Source of the DNA: Tubiluchus corallicola
Taxonomy: Eukaryota; Animalia; Priapulida
DNA length: 64,000 nucleotides
Assembly: GCA_030141605.1 (NCBI GenBank)
Contig: JAQGDQ010000636.1
Coordinates: forward strand, 1 to 64,000
Direction: 5' to 3'
Shown here: one piece after another, positions 1 to 17,015 of the stretch
Layout of the letters: every line of letters begins with the position of its first letter
Numbering within the stretch: the stretch's first letter is position 1
Position numbers and translations under genes: made by a program
Notes under the pieces: model-generated
Database searches by the model: none
What the model was told of the DNA's origin: nothing
The model's input: the letters and a program-made list of their open reading frames with translations, nothing else

Positions 1-725
1 TCCCAGGGAAAAATCTAGTTCATCAGTAGGACATTAGCTTTGTATTGTGGGCAACATTTCAAATCCAGAATCCCAGGAAAAAATCTAGTTCATAAGTAAG
101 TATGTATTGTGGGAAACATTTCAAATCCAGAATCACAGGGAAAAATCTACTTCGTAAATAGGATGTTAGCTTTGTATTGTGGGCAACATTTCAAATCCAG
201 AATCCCAGGGAAAAATCTAGTTCATCAGTAGGACATTAGCTTTGTATTGTGGGCAACATTTCAAATCCAGAATCCCAGGAAAAAATCTAGTTCATAAGTA
301 AGTATGTATTGTGGGAAACATTTCAAATCCAGAATCACAGGGAAAAATCTACTTCGTAAGTAGGATGTTAGCTTTGCATTGTGGGGAAACATTTCAAATC
401 CAGAATCACAGAGAAAAATCTACTTCATAAGTAATAGATTAGCTTTGTATTGTAGGGAAACATTTCAAATCCAGAATCACAGAGAAAATCTACTTCATAA
501 GTAAGATGTTAGCTTTGTATTGTGGGGAAACATTTCAAATCCAGGATCACAGAGAAAGATCTACTTCATAAGTAATAGATTAGCTTTGTATTGTAGGGAA
601 ACATTTCAAATCCAGAATCACAGAGAAAAATCTACTTCATAAGTAAGATGTTAGCTTTGTATTGTGGGGAAACATTTCAAATCCAGGATCACAGAGAAAG
701 ATCTACTTCATAAGTAGGAGAATAG
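1..725. repeat. ~70-bp minisatellite (with 62-bp variant), ~10 units, truncated by window start
   Basis: Unit core GTATTGTGGGAAACATTTCAAATCCAGAATCACAGGGAAAAATCTA recurs every 62-71 bp; the first ~200 bp repeat at a 202-bp offset. Confidence 0.95.
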
Positions 726-1057
726 CTTTGCAAGAAAAACAGACAGGTCAGGGAAAATCTTGCTCACGCTTTTTTTCTGTTCTGCCCACACTGTACTGGA
801 TTTCTAATTGTGTTCTTTCTTCTTCTTTCTCTCATTGTTCTCTGAATTTTGACCAATATTAGGTAATTTGTATTAGCATTGAAAAATCAAAAAGCAAATT
901 AATAAAAAGTAATGGCTGATATCTAACACAATTCAAAAGGACTGTAGAAAAGCTTATCAATGAATCATGAAAAATAAAAAGTTAGTAATGTAATAAATAT
1001 ATATTACACATAGTACATAATACATATAATAATATGTCAAATATATTATATAATGCA

Positions 1058-1097
<40 letters not shown>

Positions 1098-2689
1098 TGG
1101 ATAGATAGATAATATACAATATATATAATGTATTAGCATTATATGGCAATAGCAATGTTACAAGTTATTACAAGCCAACAGTTAGTCATTACTTAACTAA
1201 AACTAGCACAGTATAATTAATTTTAATTATGGAAATTTTTGTATATTTTTGTTACTAAAGTTAATTATCGCATTTTCTACTGTTAGTTTTAGTTAGTTTT
1301 AATCAGTTAACTGCTGGTTTGCAATGATTTGTTCATCACCATTGCTATTTTTAACTATTCATAACTATCTTCATGTTTGCTTTTTACCTTGATCACTTTT
1401 TACGCATTTACCTGGATCCCAGCTGTGTTTAAACTGCGGTACAAGTTACGAGAAAATGTGTTATTTATCCGACATTTATGTCGTCATTATATCTAAGCAT
1501 TTTATGTCGTCATTATATCTAAGCCATTTCTTGAGGTATTACACGACTCCTTTTAGGCTGTGGAATCGGTACATTGAACCCCTCACCCTGGCTCCAATTT
1601 CTAAGATTTAAGATCCAACCCCAACTGATAAAATTTAGGAGCCCCATTTCTGACTCCTGCCTTTAAGTAATAATTTGTAGCACTCTCAATATTTAGCTAC
1701 AGAAGCAACAATCTACTAGCAGCCTCCCTTAACTAATCGAAACAACGTGTAATTCCCAGCGAAGATACTGATAACTTTTCAATTCTTATTCTAATATCTA
1801 TTCATATAGATTAACATGCATTGGAATTTTATAATGGGCCTATAAAAATATACCAATAATATTTTTCTAATGATTTTAGCCACCATAAACCAAATTCTGT
1901 AAATAAACAATATATAAGGCCAGTGTTTATAGGACTCCTATAGTCGTACGCTGTCCTCACACACTTTCTTCTATTCAAATGGTTTCATTAAAGGCTCATT
2001 TGTATTCTATCACAGTGTGTGAAATAAAGACGTATTATCTTATGTAAGCACCTATTACGTAAATGCTACAAATTTAAAGAACCATATCCATTTAATAAAT
2101 TCGCTTTACTTTTAACTAAATTCTGCCTTCGACAGATAAGCTTGCAAGCTCCGCATAGGAAAAGTTTGAAAACGAACAAGGAACAGAACTTTAACAAAAA
2201 CAGTTCAGCAAGGCGGGCGACCTTAATTTAACGAATAGGCCACATTGTGCAGTGATTCAGAGAAATGCAAATTCTTTTCAGACTGCATTTTTTTAAAACC
2301 CACTAGGCGTCTTTGATGATTACGTACCTAATTTCCCGAATTATTACTACTAGTAGTACTGTTATTTTATATATTGTATATTGTATATTCAGTATTGTTG
2401 TTGTTACCATTATCAAATTGTTTTACAATCAACGTTAATAGTGAATCAATTATTATAATTTTATCAATGCTTTAGTTTGCGATTTTTGAAATTTTAAATG
2501 AACAGTTAAAAACAAACACAAGCAATATTTATTATACAAGCAAAATAAAGATAATTATAAAAAATTAATATTGCGTTTTTTGTTGTACCTCCTCACTTTC
2601 CATTTACGAAACTTGAAATTCAGAGCATAATTTTCAGTTCTAAAGTGATAGTTAAGTTCTTGGAAAAGAGAATGCAATTCACTTGTGTT

Positions 2690-3460
2690 GATAGTAATTA
2701 GCAGTGTACTTCAAGGTTCGGAATTAGGTCTGTGTTTATTTGTGATATTTATAGATGAATTGCTTTGTTTGTATGAGCAATTCTCCTCGTCTTTTTGCAG
2801 ACGACAGCAATATGGTCAGAATATGATTTCTTAACCAGCTGTAGTGACATTCAACTGGACCTAAAAGGGCTCTACGATTGGGCAGTTGAAAATGGTATGC
2901 AGTTCCATCTCAACAAGTTTAAGGTTGTATCTGTGGCAGCATAATATGAGTGTAAATTCACCGTATGCGATGCCAGTGCAATTCTGGCATAACTGATTTT
3001 TTGTGTTTGTGAAAAAGACCTTTGATTATTTCTAGATAATAAACTATTTAATTTTAAATATCACCTAGCTGAAATTATAAAGAATGCTAGACAAAACAAT
3101 GTATTAATGGGAAGCACTTTCCAAGTATGGAGATTAGCTTATGGCACTTGTGCAATATAAAATGAAGAATTAATGGAACATACATAGCGGTCCCAGTCGA
3201 ACCTGTTCCATTGAGAGCTTTATATACTTTAGTGAAACTAATTAGATGCACACTATCAACATCATCCACTGAAATTTAATTGATGCACTTTATAAAGCCT
3301 ATAGCAAGGATGATATATTACATCATTATAATGAGGAAGCAGGTCAGTGGAAACATGTGTAGGTGTTGATTATAGGCTAATTCAGTATTCATGGAAGTGG
3401 TGTGTACAGTGGAAGAACTATTTACCTCAAAAGTTACATTTACAACTATTGCAGATATAC
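2690..3460 (+). mobile_element. Old degraded CR1-like LINE 3' fragment (RT remnant), copy 1
   Basis: Frameshifted RT motifs LFADDSN...LQLDL.GLYDWAVENGMQFHLNKFKVV; ends in an (ACT)n tract; paralogous copies at ~11690 and ~19255. Confidence 0.7.
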
Positions 3461-4095
<635 letters not shown>

Positions 4096-4319
4096 ATAAA
4101 TATATATTATATATATTTATCTAACAAGTGTTTTAAAATCAGTTCTGTTGTATCGAGAAATGTCCAGGATTAAGTTCGACAAAACAAATTCTCCAGTAAG
4201 CAAATTGATTTACAAAATAAAAAATGTCACGCCTCATTACAGTCTGTAGACCAGTCTTTGAGTTTTTTAAATATTAATTTTGGTTTTTAAGTAATTTAAG
4301 TGAAAACTTGAGTGCAATA

Positions 4320-4490
4320 TTTAAATGTACAAACTTAATTGCAAGACTTAAATGTACTAACTTAAACGCACTCACTTAAGTGCAAGACTTAAATGTACAA
4401 ACTTAATTGCAAGACTTAAATGCACTAACTTAAGAGCAAGACTTAAATGTACAAACTTAATTGCAAGATTTAAATGCACTAACTTAAGTA
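4320..4490. repeat. 13-bp subunit tandem repeat (CTTAAATGYACAA-like)
   Basis: Visible repeats; paralog at ~12875-13030. Confidence 0.8.
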
Positions 4491-5559
4491 AGAGGCTTTT
4501 GGTTTCATTTAGGAAAATTACTTTCGATTGGCAAATCTGAAACCTTTTCTTCAGCAGACATGGAGGACTTCAGACTGAATTTAATGCTAAATCTTGTCAC
4601 TTAAGCAAAGCCATTTTTACATTTATTTATTACGCTAGTAGGAAGTTTTACCAGCTTACAGAACTGAAAGGGCTTTTCTGCTTATTCAGTTTGCAAGTCA
4701 ATTTGCATCAGAAATAAAATCTCGTGAAGTTTATGTATGAAATACTTGCGTGGGTGTGAAAGGATTTGCATTATAAAATGTCCAGATTAAAGCACAAGAA
4801 AATGCAAAAAATAAAGCTTAAAAAGTTCGTCCTGCAAATTTTTATCACTTAGTTACTCTCGTATTGCACGCGGAGTTTATGTTAGGAGTAACGGGTGTAA
4901 AACTAGTAAAATAGAATTTCATTGTTCACTGTTAACTGCAGCCATTTTAATGGTAATTCATTTGATGCAGGTTTAACATTGTGTAAAGTTTAAAAAATAA
5001 TCAGAGCTTTCGCAGTGCACACGTCACTAACTAAGCAAAAGTTTGAATCACTTTATCTTGTCGATATGATCAATATTGTGTTTTCTGCTGAATTAATGGG
5101 ATGGCGACGCAGTGCCATTTTGCCAGGTGGCACAAATATTTTAAATTAGTAAACATTTTCTTTTCGAGTTACATAAATCTTTCAAAAGGGTAATGTTAAG
5201 TCATGTAACCTTGCATGGACAGTTTGTTTGGATATACTTTAAATTATCCCTGCTCTTTCCCTTTAATAAATCACTTGAGGATCATTGTTCGTTGTCATGT
5301 GATTTGTGAAAACTGCTTTCTAAATATAAATACATGCTTATTTATAATGGTGTATGTGTGTGTGAATGCATGCATGTGTGTTCATGTGTAGAAATAAAAC
5401 AAATATTCAATATTAGTACTCAATAACGAACAGCTATTTGTTTATTTACAAGATTCTGTTTTAGAAACACACCACAAGAAGTTTTTGAAAAACGTGCAAA
5501 AATCAATATGGCTGGTTAAAAAGCAACTAACTAGCAAAAGGGTTAAAGATATGTTTTCC

Positions 5560-8863
<3,304 letters not shown>

Positions 8864-9009
8864 CTTTGCAAATCCGGAGATGAAGGATATATTTCTGTAA
8901 AAAAGAAAAGAATTGAAGAAACTTCCAATATTGCTTACCAACAAATGACAAAACGTCAAATTTAGTGACACAGTCATTTTTACTTTGAATTTAATTCACA
9001 TCAATTTAC

Positions 9010-9240
9010 CAGTTCATAAGTAAGTATGTATTGTGGGAAACATTTCAAATCCAGAATCACAGGGAAAAATCTAGTTCATCAGTAGGACGTTAGTTTTGTA
9101 TTGTGGGAAACATTTCAAATCCAGGAACACAGGGAAAAGATGTAGTTCATAAGTACAACGTTAGCTTTGTATTGTGGGGAACATTTCAAATCCAGAATCA
9201 CAGAGAAAAATCTAGTTCATAAGTAGGAGAATAGCTTTGT
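9010..9240. repeat. 70-bp minisatellite, ~3-4 units (paralog of 1-725)
   Basis: Same unit sequence. Confidence 0.9.
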
Positions 9241-10271
9241 AAGAACAACAGACAGGTCAGGGAAAATCTTGCTCACGCTTTTTTCCTGTTCTGCCCACAC
9301 TGTTACTGGATTTCTAATTGTGTTCTTTCTTCTTCTTTCTCTCATTGTTCTCTGAATTTTGACAAATATTAGGTAATGTGTATGAGCATTGAAAAATCAA
9401 AAAGCAAATTAATAAAAATTAATGGCTAATATCTAACACAATTCAAAAGGACTGTAGAAAAGCTTATCAATGAATCATGAAAAATAAAAAGTTAGTAATG
9501 TAATAAATATATATTACACATAGTACATAATACATGTAATAATATGTCTAATATATTATATAATGCATTTAGTATAATATATACTAAATATATACTAGTA
9601 TATAGATAGATAGATAGATAGATAATATACAATATATATATAATGTATTAGCATTATATGGCAATAGCAATATTACAAGTTATTACAAGCCAACAGTTAG
9701 TCATTACTTAACTAAAACTAGCACAGTATAATTAATTTTAATTATGGAAATTTTTGTATATTTTTGTTACTAAAGTTAATTATCGCATTTTCTACTGTTA
9801 GTTTTAGTTAGTTTTAATCAGTTAACTGCTGGTTTGCAATGATTTGTTCATCACCATTGCTATTTTTAACTATTCATAACTATCTTCATGTTTGCTTTTT
9901 ACCTTGATCACTTTTTATGCATTTACCTGGATCCCAGTTGTGATTAAACGACTCCTTTTAGGCTGTGGAATCGGTACATTAAACCCCTCACCCTGACTCC
10001 AACTTATAGGATTTAAGATCCGCCCCAACTCCTAAAATTTAGGAGCCCCAGCTGTGACTCCTGCCTTTAAGTAATAATTTGTAGCAATCCCAATATTTAA
10101 CTACAGAAGCAACAATCTACTTGCGGCCTCCCTTAACAAAGCAAAACAACGTGTAATTCCCAGTGAAGATACTGATAACTTGTCAATTCTTATTCCAATA
10201 TCTATTCATATCGATTAACATGCATTGGAACTTTATAATGGGCCTATAAAAATTAGTAATTTTACCCTTTT

Positions 10272-10545
10272 ACCAGACGGTTTAGTCTAATGGTAATGCG
10301 CCTGCTTTCCGTCTGGGAGGTCGTTAGTTCGAACCAGCGGCCGGGACATACCAAAGATTTGGTACCAAAATGGTAACTGCTTTGCCTGCCTGATGCGTGG
10401 TATTTAGGGTAAAAGTAGGGTAATAATAGTCTCTCTTATATAGTTGTAGGTTGTTATTTACAGTCGGCGATAATAGCTCTTTGAGCTAATGTTAATTGCT
10501 GACCCAAAAGCTGACTTTAAATAAAGATTATTATTATTATTATTA
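10272..10545 (+). mobile_element. tRNA-derived SINE with Meta/MESC-like core and (TTA)n tail
   Basis: A-box-like TAGTCTAATGG, B-box GTTCGAACC, core GGACATACCAAAGATTT..AAAATGGTAACTGC, tail AATAAAGA(TTA)n. Absent at paralogous sites (~1850, ~18105); second copy at 56419-56696. Core assignment is from memory. Confidence 0.85.
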
Positions 10546-10916
10546 TAAAATATATAGTAATAATATTTTTCTAATAATTTGAGCCAAGCCACTATAAACC
10601 AAATTCTGTAAATATACAATAAATAAGGCCAGTGTTTTTAGGGCTCCTATAATCGTTCGTCGAATTCGCCTTTCATTAAAGGCTAATTTGTATTTATTCT
10701 ATCACAGTGTATGATATAAAGACGTCTTATATCTTATGTAAGCATCTATTACGTAAATGCTACAAATTTAAAGAACCATATCCATTTAATAAATTCGCTT
10801 TACTTTTAACTAAATTCTGCCTTCGATAGATAAGCTTGCAAGCTCCGAATAGGAAAAAATTGAAAATGAACAAGGAACAGAACTTTAACAAAAACAGTTT
10901 AGCAAGACGGGCAAGC

Positions 10917-11240
10917 TTCGTTAAAGAATGTACATAAATTACGGCATTGTGATTAATTTCACCATCATTTTATTTTTACCACTGTTTGTTTATCCTTTTT
11001 TTTCACTTATGCTATCGTTGTTATGTTTGCTTTTGTAATTGCTTTATTTTGTTAGTTTATTTGCATCCTGTGTTATCAATTCTTTTTCTGTCATCAACAT
11101 AAAATTATAAGGGGTGAGTGAGTAGATGACCTATAGTCTTTCCTCGCCCCATCTCCACAGACAAAGTTATTTTTTGTAAAACGAAAATTTGTGACACAAA
11201 TTGGAGAAAAATAAAATGTCTATGTCTAAAGTTTTAACAC
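10917..11240. repeat. Interspersed repeat insertion of unknown class
   Basis: Absent at paralogous sites (~2220, ~18482); reverse-complement homolog at ~46290-46720. Confidence 0.7.
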
Positions 11241-11689
11241 CCTTAATTAAAGGAAAGGGACCACATTGTGCAGTGTATCATATAAATTCAAATTCTTTTC
11301 AGACTGCATTCTTTTAAAACCCACTATGCATCTTTGATGATTACGTACCTAATTTCCCGAATTATTACTACTAGTACTACTGTTATTTTTTATTTTGTAT
11401 ATTCAATATTGTTGTTGTTACCATTATTAAATTGTTTTACAATCAACATTAATAGTAATACAATTATTATAATTTTATCAGTGCTTTAGTTTGCGACTTT
11501 TGAAATTTTCAATGAACAGTTAAAAACAAACACAAGCAATATTTATTATACAAGCAAAATAAAGACAATTATAAAAAAATTAATATTGCGTTTGTTGTTG
11601 TACCATTCACTTTCCATTTACGAAACTTGAAATTCAGAGCATAATTTTCAGTTCTAAAGTGATAGTTAACTTCTTGGAAAAGAGAATGC

Positions 11690-12470
11690 AATTCACTTGT
11701 GTTGATAGTAACTAGCAGTGTACTTCAAGGTTCGGAATTAGGTCTGTGTTTATTTGTGATATTTATAGATGAATTGCCTAGTTTGTATGAGCAATTCTTC
11801 TCGTCTTTTTGCAGACGACAGCAATATGGTAGAATATGATTCCTCTACCAGCCATAGTGACCTTCAACTGGACATAGAAGGGCTCTACGATTGGGCAGTT
11901 GAAAATGGTATGCAGTTCCATCTCAACAAGTTTAAGGTTGTATCTGTGGTAGCATAATATGAGTATAAATTCACAATGTGTGATGCAAGTGAAATTCTGG
12001 CATAACTGATTTTTTGTGTTTGTGAGAAGGACCTTTGATTATTTCTAGATAATAAACTATTTAATTTTAAAGATCACCTATCTGAAATTATAAAGAATGC
12101 TAGACAGAACAATGTACTAATGGGAAGCACTTTCCAAGTATGTAAATTAGCTTGTGGCACTTGTGCAATATAAAATGAAGAATTAATGGAACATACATAG
12201 CGATCCCAGTCTTAGCTGTTCCATTGAGAGCTTTGTATATTTTAGTAAATTTAATTAGATGCACCCTATCAACATCATCCACTGAAATTTAATTGATGCA
12301 CTTCATAATGCCTATAACAAGGATGTTAGATTACGTCATTATGATGAGGAAACAGGTCAGTGGAAAAATGCGTAGGTGTTGATTATAGGCTAATTTAGTA
12401 TTCATGGAAGTGGCGTGTACAGTGGAAGAACTGTTTGCCTCAAACGTTGCATTTATAACTACTGCAGATA
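11690..12470 (+). mobile_element. Old degraded CR1-like LINE fragment, copy 2
   Basis: ORF 11769..11957 contains LFADDSN...YDWAVENGMQFHLNKFKVV. Confidence 0.7.
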
Positions 12471-12566
12471 TACTACTACTACTACTGCTACTACACTATT
12501 ACTGCTACTACTGCTGCTACTACACTATTACTGCTACTACTGCTACTACTACTACCACTACTACTG

Positions 12567-12600
<34 letters not shown>

Positions 12601-12665
12601 TGCTACTACTACTACTACTACTACTACTACTAATACTAATACCAATACGATTACTAATACTAATA
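12471..12665. repeat. (ACT)n compound microsatellite
   Basis: Visible; shorter paralog of 3461-4095. Confidence 0.95.
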
Positions 12666-13569
12666 TAAATATATATTATATATATTTACCTAACAAGGGT
12701 TTTAAAATCAGTTCTGTTGTAACGAGAAATGTCCAGGTTTAAGCTCGACAAAGCAAATTCTTCAGTAAGCAAAATGATTTACAAAATAAAAAATGTCACG
12801 CCTCATTACAGTCTGTAGACCAGTCTTTGAGTTTTTTAAATATTAATTTTGGTTTTTAAGTAATTTAAGTGAAAGCTTAAGTGCAATATTTAAATGCACT
12901 AACTTAAATGCACTCACTTAAGTGCAAGACTTAAATGTACAAACTTAATTGCAAGACTTAAATTCACTAACTTAAGTGCAAGACTTAAATGTACAAACTT
13001 AATTGCAAGACTTCAATGCACTAACTTAATGTGGTTTTGTTGTTTGGTGGGTTGGGTTTGTTTGTGTGTTGGTGTGTTTTGTTGTTTTTTTTGTTTTGTT
13101 TGGGGGTTTTTGTTAATTAATGGGATGGCGATGCAGTGCCATTTTACCAGGTGGCATAAATATTTTAAATTAGTAAACATTTTCTTTTCGAGTTACATAA
13201 ATCTTTCAAAAGGGTAATGTTAAGTCATGTAACCTTGCATGGGCAGTTTGTTTGGATGTACTTTAAAATATCCCTGTTCTTTCCCTTTAATAAATCACTT
13301 GAGGATTATTGTTCATTGTCATGTGATTTGTGAAAACTGCTTTCTAAATATAAGTACATACTTATTTATAATTGTGTGTATGTGTGTGTGAATGCATGCA
13401 TGTGTGTTCATGTGTAGAAATAAAACAAATATTCAATATTAGTACTCAATAACGAACAGCTATTTGTTTATTTACAAGATTCTGTTTTAGAAACACACCA
13501 CAAGAAGTTTTTGCCAAACGTGCAAAAATCAATATGGCCCAGTTAAAAAGCTACTAAAGATATGTTTTC

Positions 13570-14412
13570 CTTTTGTGAATCTCTTGATGGTGATGACTTA
13601 GAAAAGCCGAACAAGCAAAAGTAGCATCACACTTAATACACTTAAATGGTTTGAGTTCTTAAATAAGTGAGCTCTTGTGAGTTCTAGAATGTACCTTTAA
13701 CTTACCTGCTTTAAGGAAAGTAGCAACACACTGATCACACCTAAAAAGTTTTCTTGTAGTGTGAGCTCTTGAATGTATTTTCAGATTGCTAAACCATTTA
13801 AATGTGGCATCACAATTACGGCACTTAAACCATTTTTCTCAAGAGTGAGTTTTTGAATGTATGTTTAAAGAACTTGATAAAGCAAATGCAACAGCACACT
13901 GACTACACTTGAATGGTCTTTCTCCAATGTGCTTTCTTAAATGGTATTTTAGGCTACCTGATGTGGTAAATGCAGCACCGCACTCATTACACTTGCATGG
14001 TTTTTCTCCAATGTGAATTCTTGCACGTACTTTCACATTATCTGTATGAGCATATGCAGCTTCACACTGATTGCACTTGCAAGGTTTTTCTCGTTTGTGA
14101 GTTCTCAAATGCACTTTCAAACTACTTGTATGAGCAAAAGCAGCATCACACTGACTGCACTTGAACGGTTTTTTGCCAGTGTGAGTTCTAAAGTGTGCTT
14201 TCACATGGCTTATATTAGCAAATGCAGCATCACACTGACTGCACTTGAATGGTCTTTCTCCAGTGTGAATTCTACAATGTGTTTTAAGATGACCTGAGTT
14301 AGCAAATGAAACCTCACAGTGACTGCACTTGAAAGGTTTCTCACGAGTGCGAATTCTAAAATGTGCTTTGAGAAGGCTTGACTGACCAAACGCAGCATTA
14401 CACTGACTACAT
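13570..14412 (-). pseudogene. Out-of-frame C2H2 finger tail of ZF-B (ORF 13839..14432, ~7 partly degenerate fingers, plus remnants)
   Basis: Separated from the ZF-B CDS by one extra A in the GEK linker; some fingers lack His ligands. Confidence 0.7.
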
Positions 14413-16131
14413 TTAAAAGGTTTTTTCTCCATTATGTGTTCTTAAATGTACTGTCAAGTTACCTGCCTGAGCAAATGCAGCTTTGCACTGACTACACTTA
14501 AATGGCCTTTCTCCAGAGTGAACTCTTAAATGAACTTTTAGAGCACTAGTCTGAGCAAATGCAGCATCACACTGATTACATTTAAATGGTTTATCTCCAG
14601 AATGGATTCTTAAATGTGCTTTTAGATTATGTGCATAAGCAAATGCAGCCCCACACAGAGAACACTTAAAAGGTTTTTCTCCTGTATGAGTCCTTGAATG
14701 TACTCTCAGAGCACTTCTCTGAGCAAATGCAGCATCACACTGATTACACTTAAATGGTTTTTCTCCAGAGTGGATTCTTAAATGTTCTTTCAGAGTACTT
14801 CTCTGAGTAAAAGCAGCAGCGCACTGATTACATTTGAAAGGCTTCTCTCCAGTGTGAATTCTTGTGTGTACTTTCAGTCCTCCTGCCTGAGCAAATGCAG
14901 CATTGCACTGAATGCACTTGAATGGTTTCTCTCCAGTGTGATTTCTTAAATGTACTTTTAAGCCATCTGCCTGAGCAAAAGCAGCACCACATTGACTACA
15001 ACTGAATGGATTTTCTCCAGTATGAATTCTTAAATGTTTTTTCAATCCATTTGTATGAGCAAATGCAGCATCACACTGATTACATTTAAATGGTTTTTCT
15101 CCAGAGTGGATTCTTAAATGTTCTTTCAGAGTACTTCTCTGATCAAAAGCAGCACCACATTGACTACAACTGAATGGATTTTCTCCAGTATGAATTCTTG
15201 AATGTTTTTTCAGCCCATTTGTATGAGTAAATGCAGCATCACACTGATTACACTTAAATGGTTTTTCTCCAGAGTGGATTCTTAAATGTTCTTTCAGATG
15301 ACTTCTCTGAGTAAAAGCAGCATCACATTGACTACATTTGAAAGGCTTCTCTCCAGTATGAGTCCTTGAATGTACTGTCAAGTTACCTGCCTGAGCAAAT
15401 GCAGCTTTGCACTGACTACACTTAAATGGCCTTTCTCCAGAGTGAATTCTTAAATGCACTTTCCGAGTATATGCACGAGTAAATACCGCATCACATTGAC
15501 TACACTTGAAAGGCTTCTTACTAATATGAACTTGTGAAGGCAATTTCACTGCGCTTGACATAGCAGATATGATTCTGCGTGATTGACATGATTCTTGCAT
15601 GGAATTAGCTACGTTGTGAATGTCTTTAACAACAGGATCAGAAAGAGAAGTCTGAAAAGATAGCAGCTCCTTGCATTCTTTGTTCACATTTGCGAAAAAT
15701 TTATCATCTGCTAAATCTTCCACAGCATGAGCTAAAACACCTGGTTCAGTTTTTATGAAGTCATTAACAGGTATCACTTTCTTGTCTATCGTGTCTCCAC
15801 TCAAACAATTTCCTGCTGTATTCACTTCAGCAATGTATTCACTATTCATAAGCAAAGGTTTAAGTCTTCCATTCCTTTGTGAAGTTACATCAATGCTACT
15901 GTTATCTATGTTACCTATTTTCACATCAGGTTCAGTTTTTACAGAAGTTTCATGTCCTTGACTGTCACACTCTTCTACTTTGCATTTGTTGATGTTTATT
16001 TTCACTGATTCAGCATCACTTTCGGTTTTTACAGGAACATTGTCAGTTTGCACCTTAACATCTGTGGATTCATCTAAAACATCACTTTCAATTTTCACAA
16101 ATCCAGGAACTACTTGTACTGCCTGATCCAT
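14413..16131 (-). CDS. Tandem C2H2 zinc-finger protein ZF-B (~572 aa, 13 fingers)
   Basis: MDQAVQ start at 16131 after the conserved acceptor; ~205-aa N-terminal region then 13 fingers; minus-strand AATAAA at 13472-13467. Confidence 0.88.
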   Translation of the reverse strand: MDQAVQVVPGFVKIESDVLDESTDVKVQTDNVPVKTESDAESVKININKCKVEECDSQGHETSVKTEPDVKIGNIDNSSIDVTSQRNGRLKPLLMNSEYIAEVNTAGNCLSGDTIDKKVIPVNDFIKTEPGVLAHAVEDLADDKFFANVNKECKELLSFQTSLSDPVVKDIHNVANSMQESCQSRRIISAMSSAVKLPSQVHISKKPFKCSQCDAVFTRAYTRKVHLRIHSGERPFKCSQCKAAFAQAGNLTVHSRTHTGEKPFKCSQCDAAFTQRSHLKEHLRIHSGEKPFKCNQCDAAFTHTNGLKKHSRIHTGENPFSCSQCGAAFDQRSTLKEHLRIHSGEKPFKCNQCDAAFAHTNGLKKHLRIHTGENPFSCSQCGAAFAQADGLKVHLRNHTGEKPFKCIQCNAAFAQAGGLKVHTRIHTGEKPFKCNQCAAAFTQRSTLKEHLRIHSGEKPFKCNQCDAAFAQRSALRVHSRTHTGEKPFKCSLCGAAFAYAHNLKAHLRIHSGDKPFKCNQCDAAFAQTSALKVHLRVHSGERPFKCSQCKAAFAQAGNLTVHLRTHNGEKTF

Positions 16132-16709
16132 CTTTGCAAATCCGGAGATGAAGGACATATTTCTGTAAAACAAGAAATTAATTGAAGAAACTTCCAGTAT
16201 TGCTTACCAACAAATGACAAAACGTCAAATTTAGTGACACAGTCATTTTTACTTTGAATTTAATTCACACCAATTTACCACTTTAACTACAAAAGTTCTC
16301 AAGCATTAAAACATTTTTTTAAAACAGCAGCATGCAATCAGCATATTTTATAGCAACAATTTATGTGCACAATGTTTAAATAATGATTGGTGTTCTGACA
16401 GCAGAGCAAAATCAAGCAATGCACATGACCTTTGACAGACTGCTGACATTCACAAAATGTGCAGACTTATTAAGTTTTGCGACGTTTAAACCATAGCCTT
16501 TGAGGTGACTGCCATTTTGAAGTTTGTTAAAAAACAGCCTTCATGAATTCTAAATTTGATAGAGAAACACATTGACAGAGAGGGTTATCTATAGTTGTAC
16601 TGAAAAGTTTTTTATTGGTTCTTAATTTTGGACATTTTGTGAACCAACAATCAGCTGCTTTTGAATGAGAAAAAAAAGTATTATAAAACACTTATAAATG
16701 ATCACATGG

Positions 16710-17015
16710 AAAAGTCTACTTCATAAGTAAGACGTTAGCTTTGTATTCTGGGAAACATTTCAAATCCAGAATCCCAGGAAAAAATCTAGTTCATAAGTAA
16801 GTATGTATTGTGCGAAACATTTCAAATTCAGAATCACAGGGAAAAAACTACTTCGTAAGTGGGATGTTAGCTTTGTATTGTGGGAAACATTTCAAATCCA
16901 GAATCACAGGGAAAAATCTAGTTCATTAGTAGGACATTAGCTTTGTATTGTGGGAAACATTTCAAATCCAGAATCACAAGGAAAAATCTACTTCATAAGT
17001 AGGAAAATAGCTTTG
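16710..17015. repeat. 70-bp minisatellite, ~4-5 units
   Basis: Same unit as 1-725. Confidence 0.9.

Noticed and set aside
1-725. CRISPR-like periodicity (also 25330-26280)
   Set aside because: Whole units repeat with no unique spacers, no cas genes, and the context is eukaryotic.
8864-8977. N-terminal extension of the 889-aa ORF (and 16132-16173)
   Set aside because: It crosses a conserved splice acceptor and is not conserved as protein; MDQAVQ is the shared start.
10272-10345. tRNA gene
   Set aside because: No convincing cloverleaf; it is the head of a SINE.
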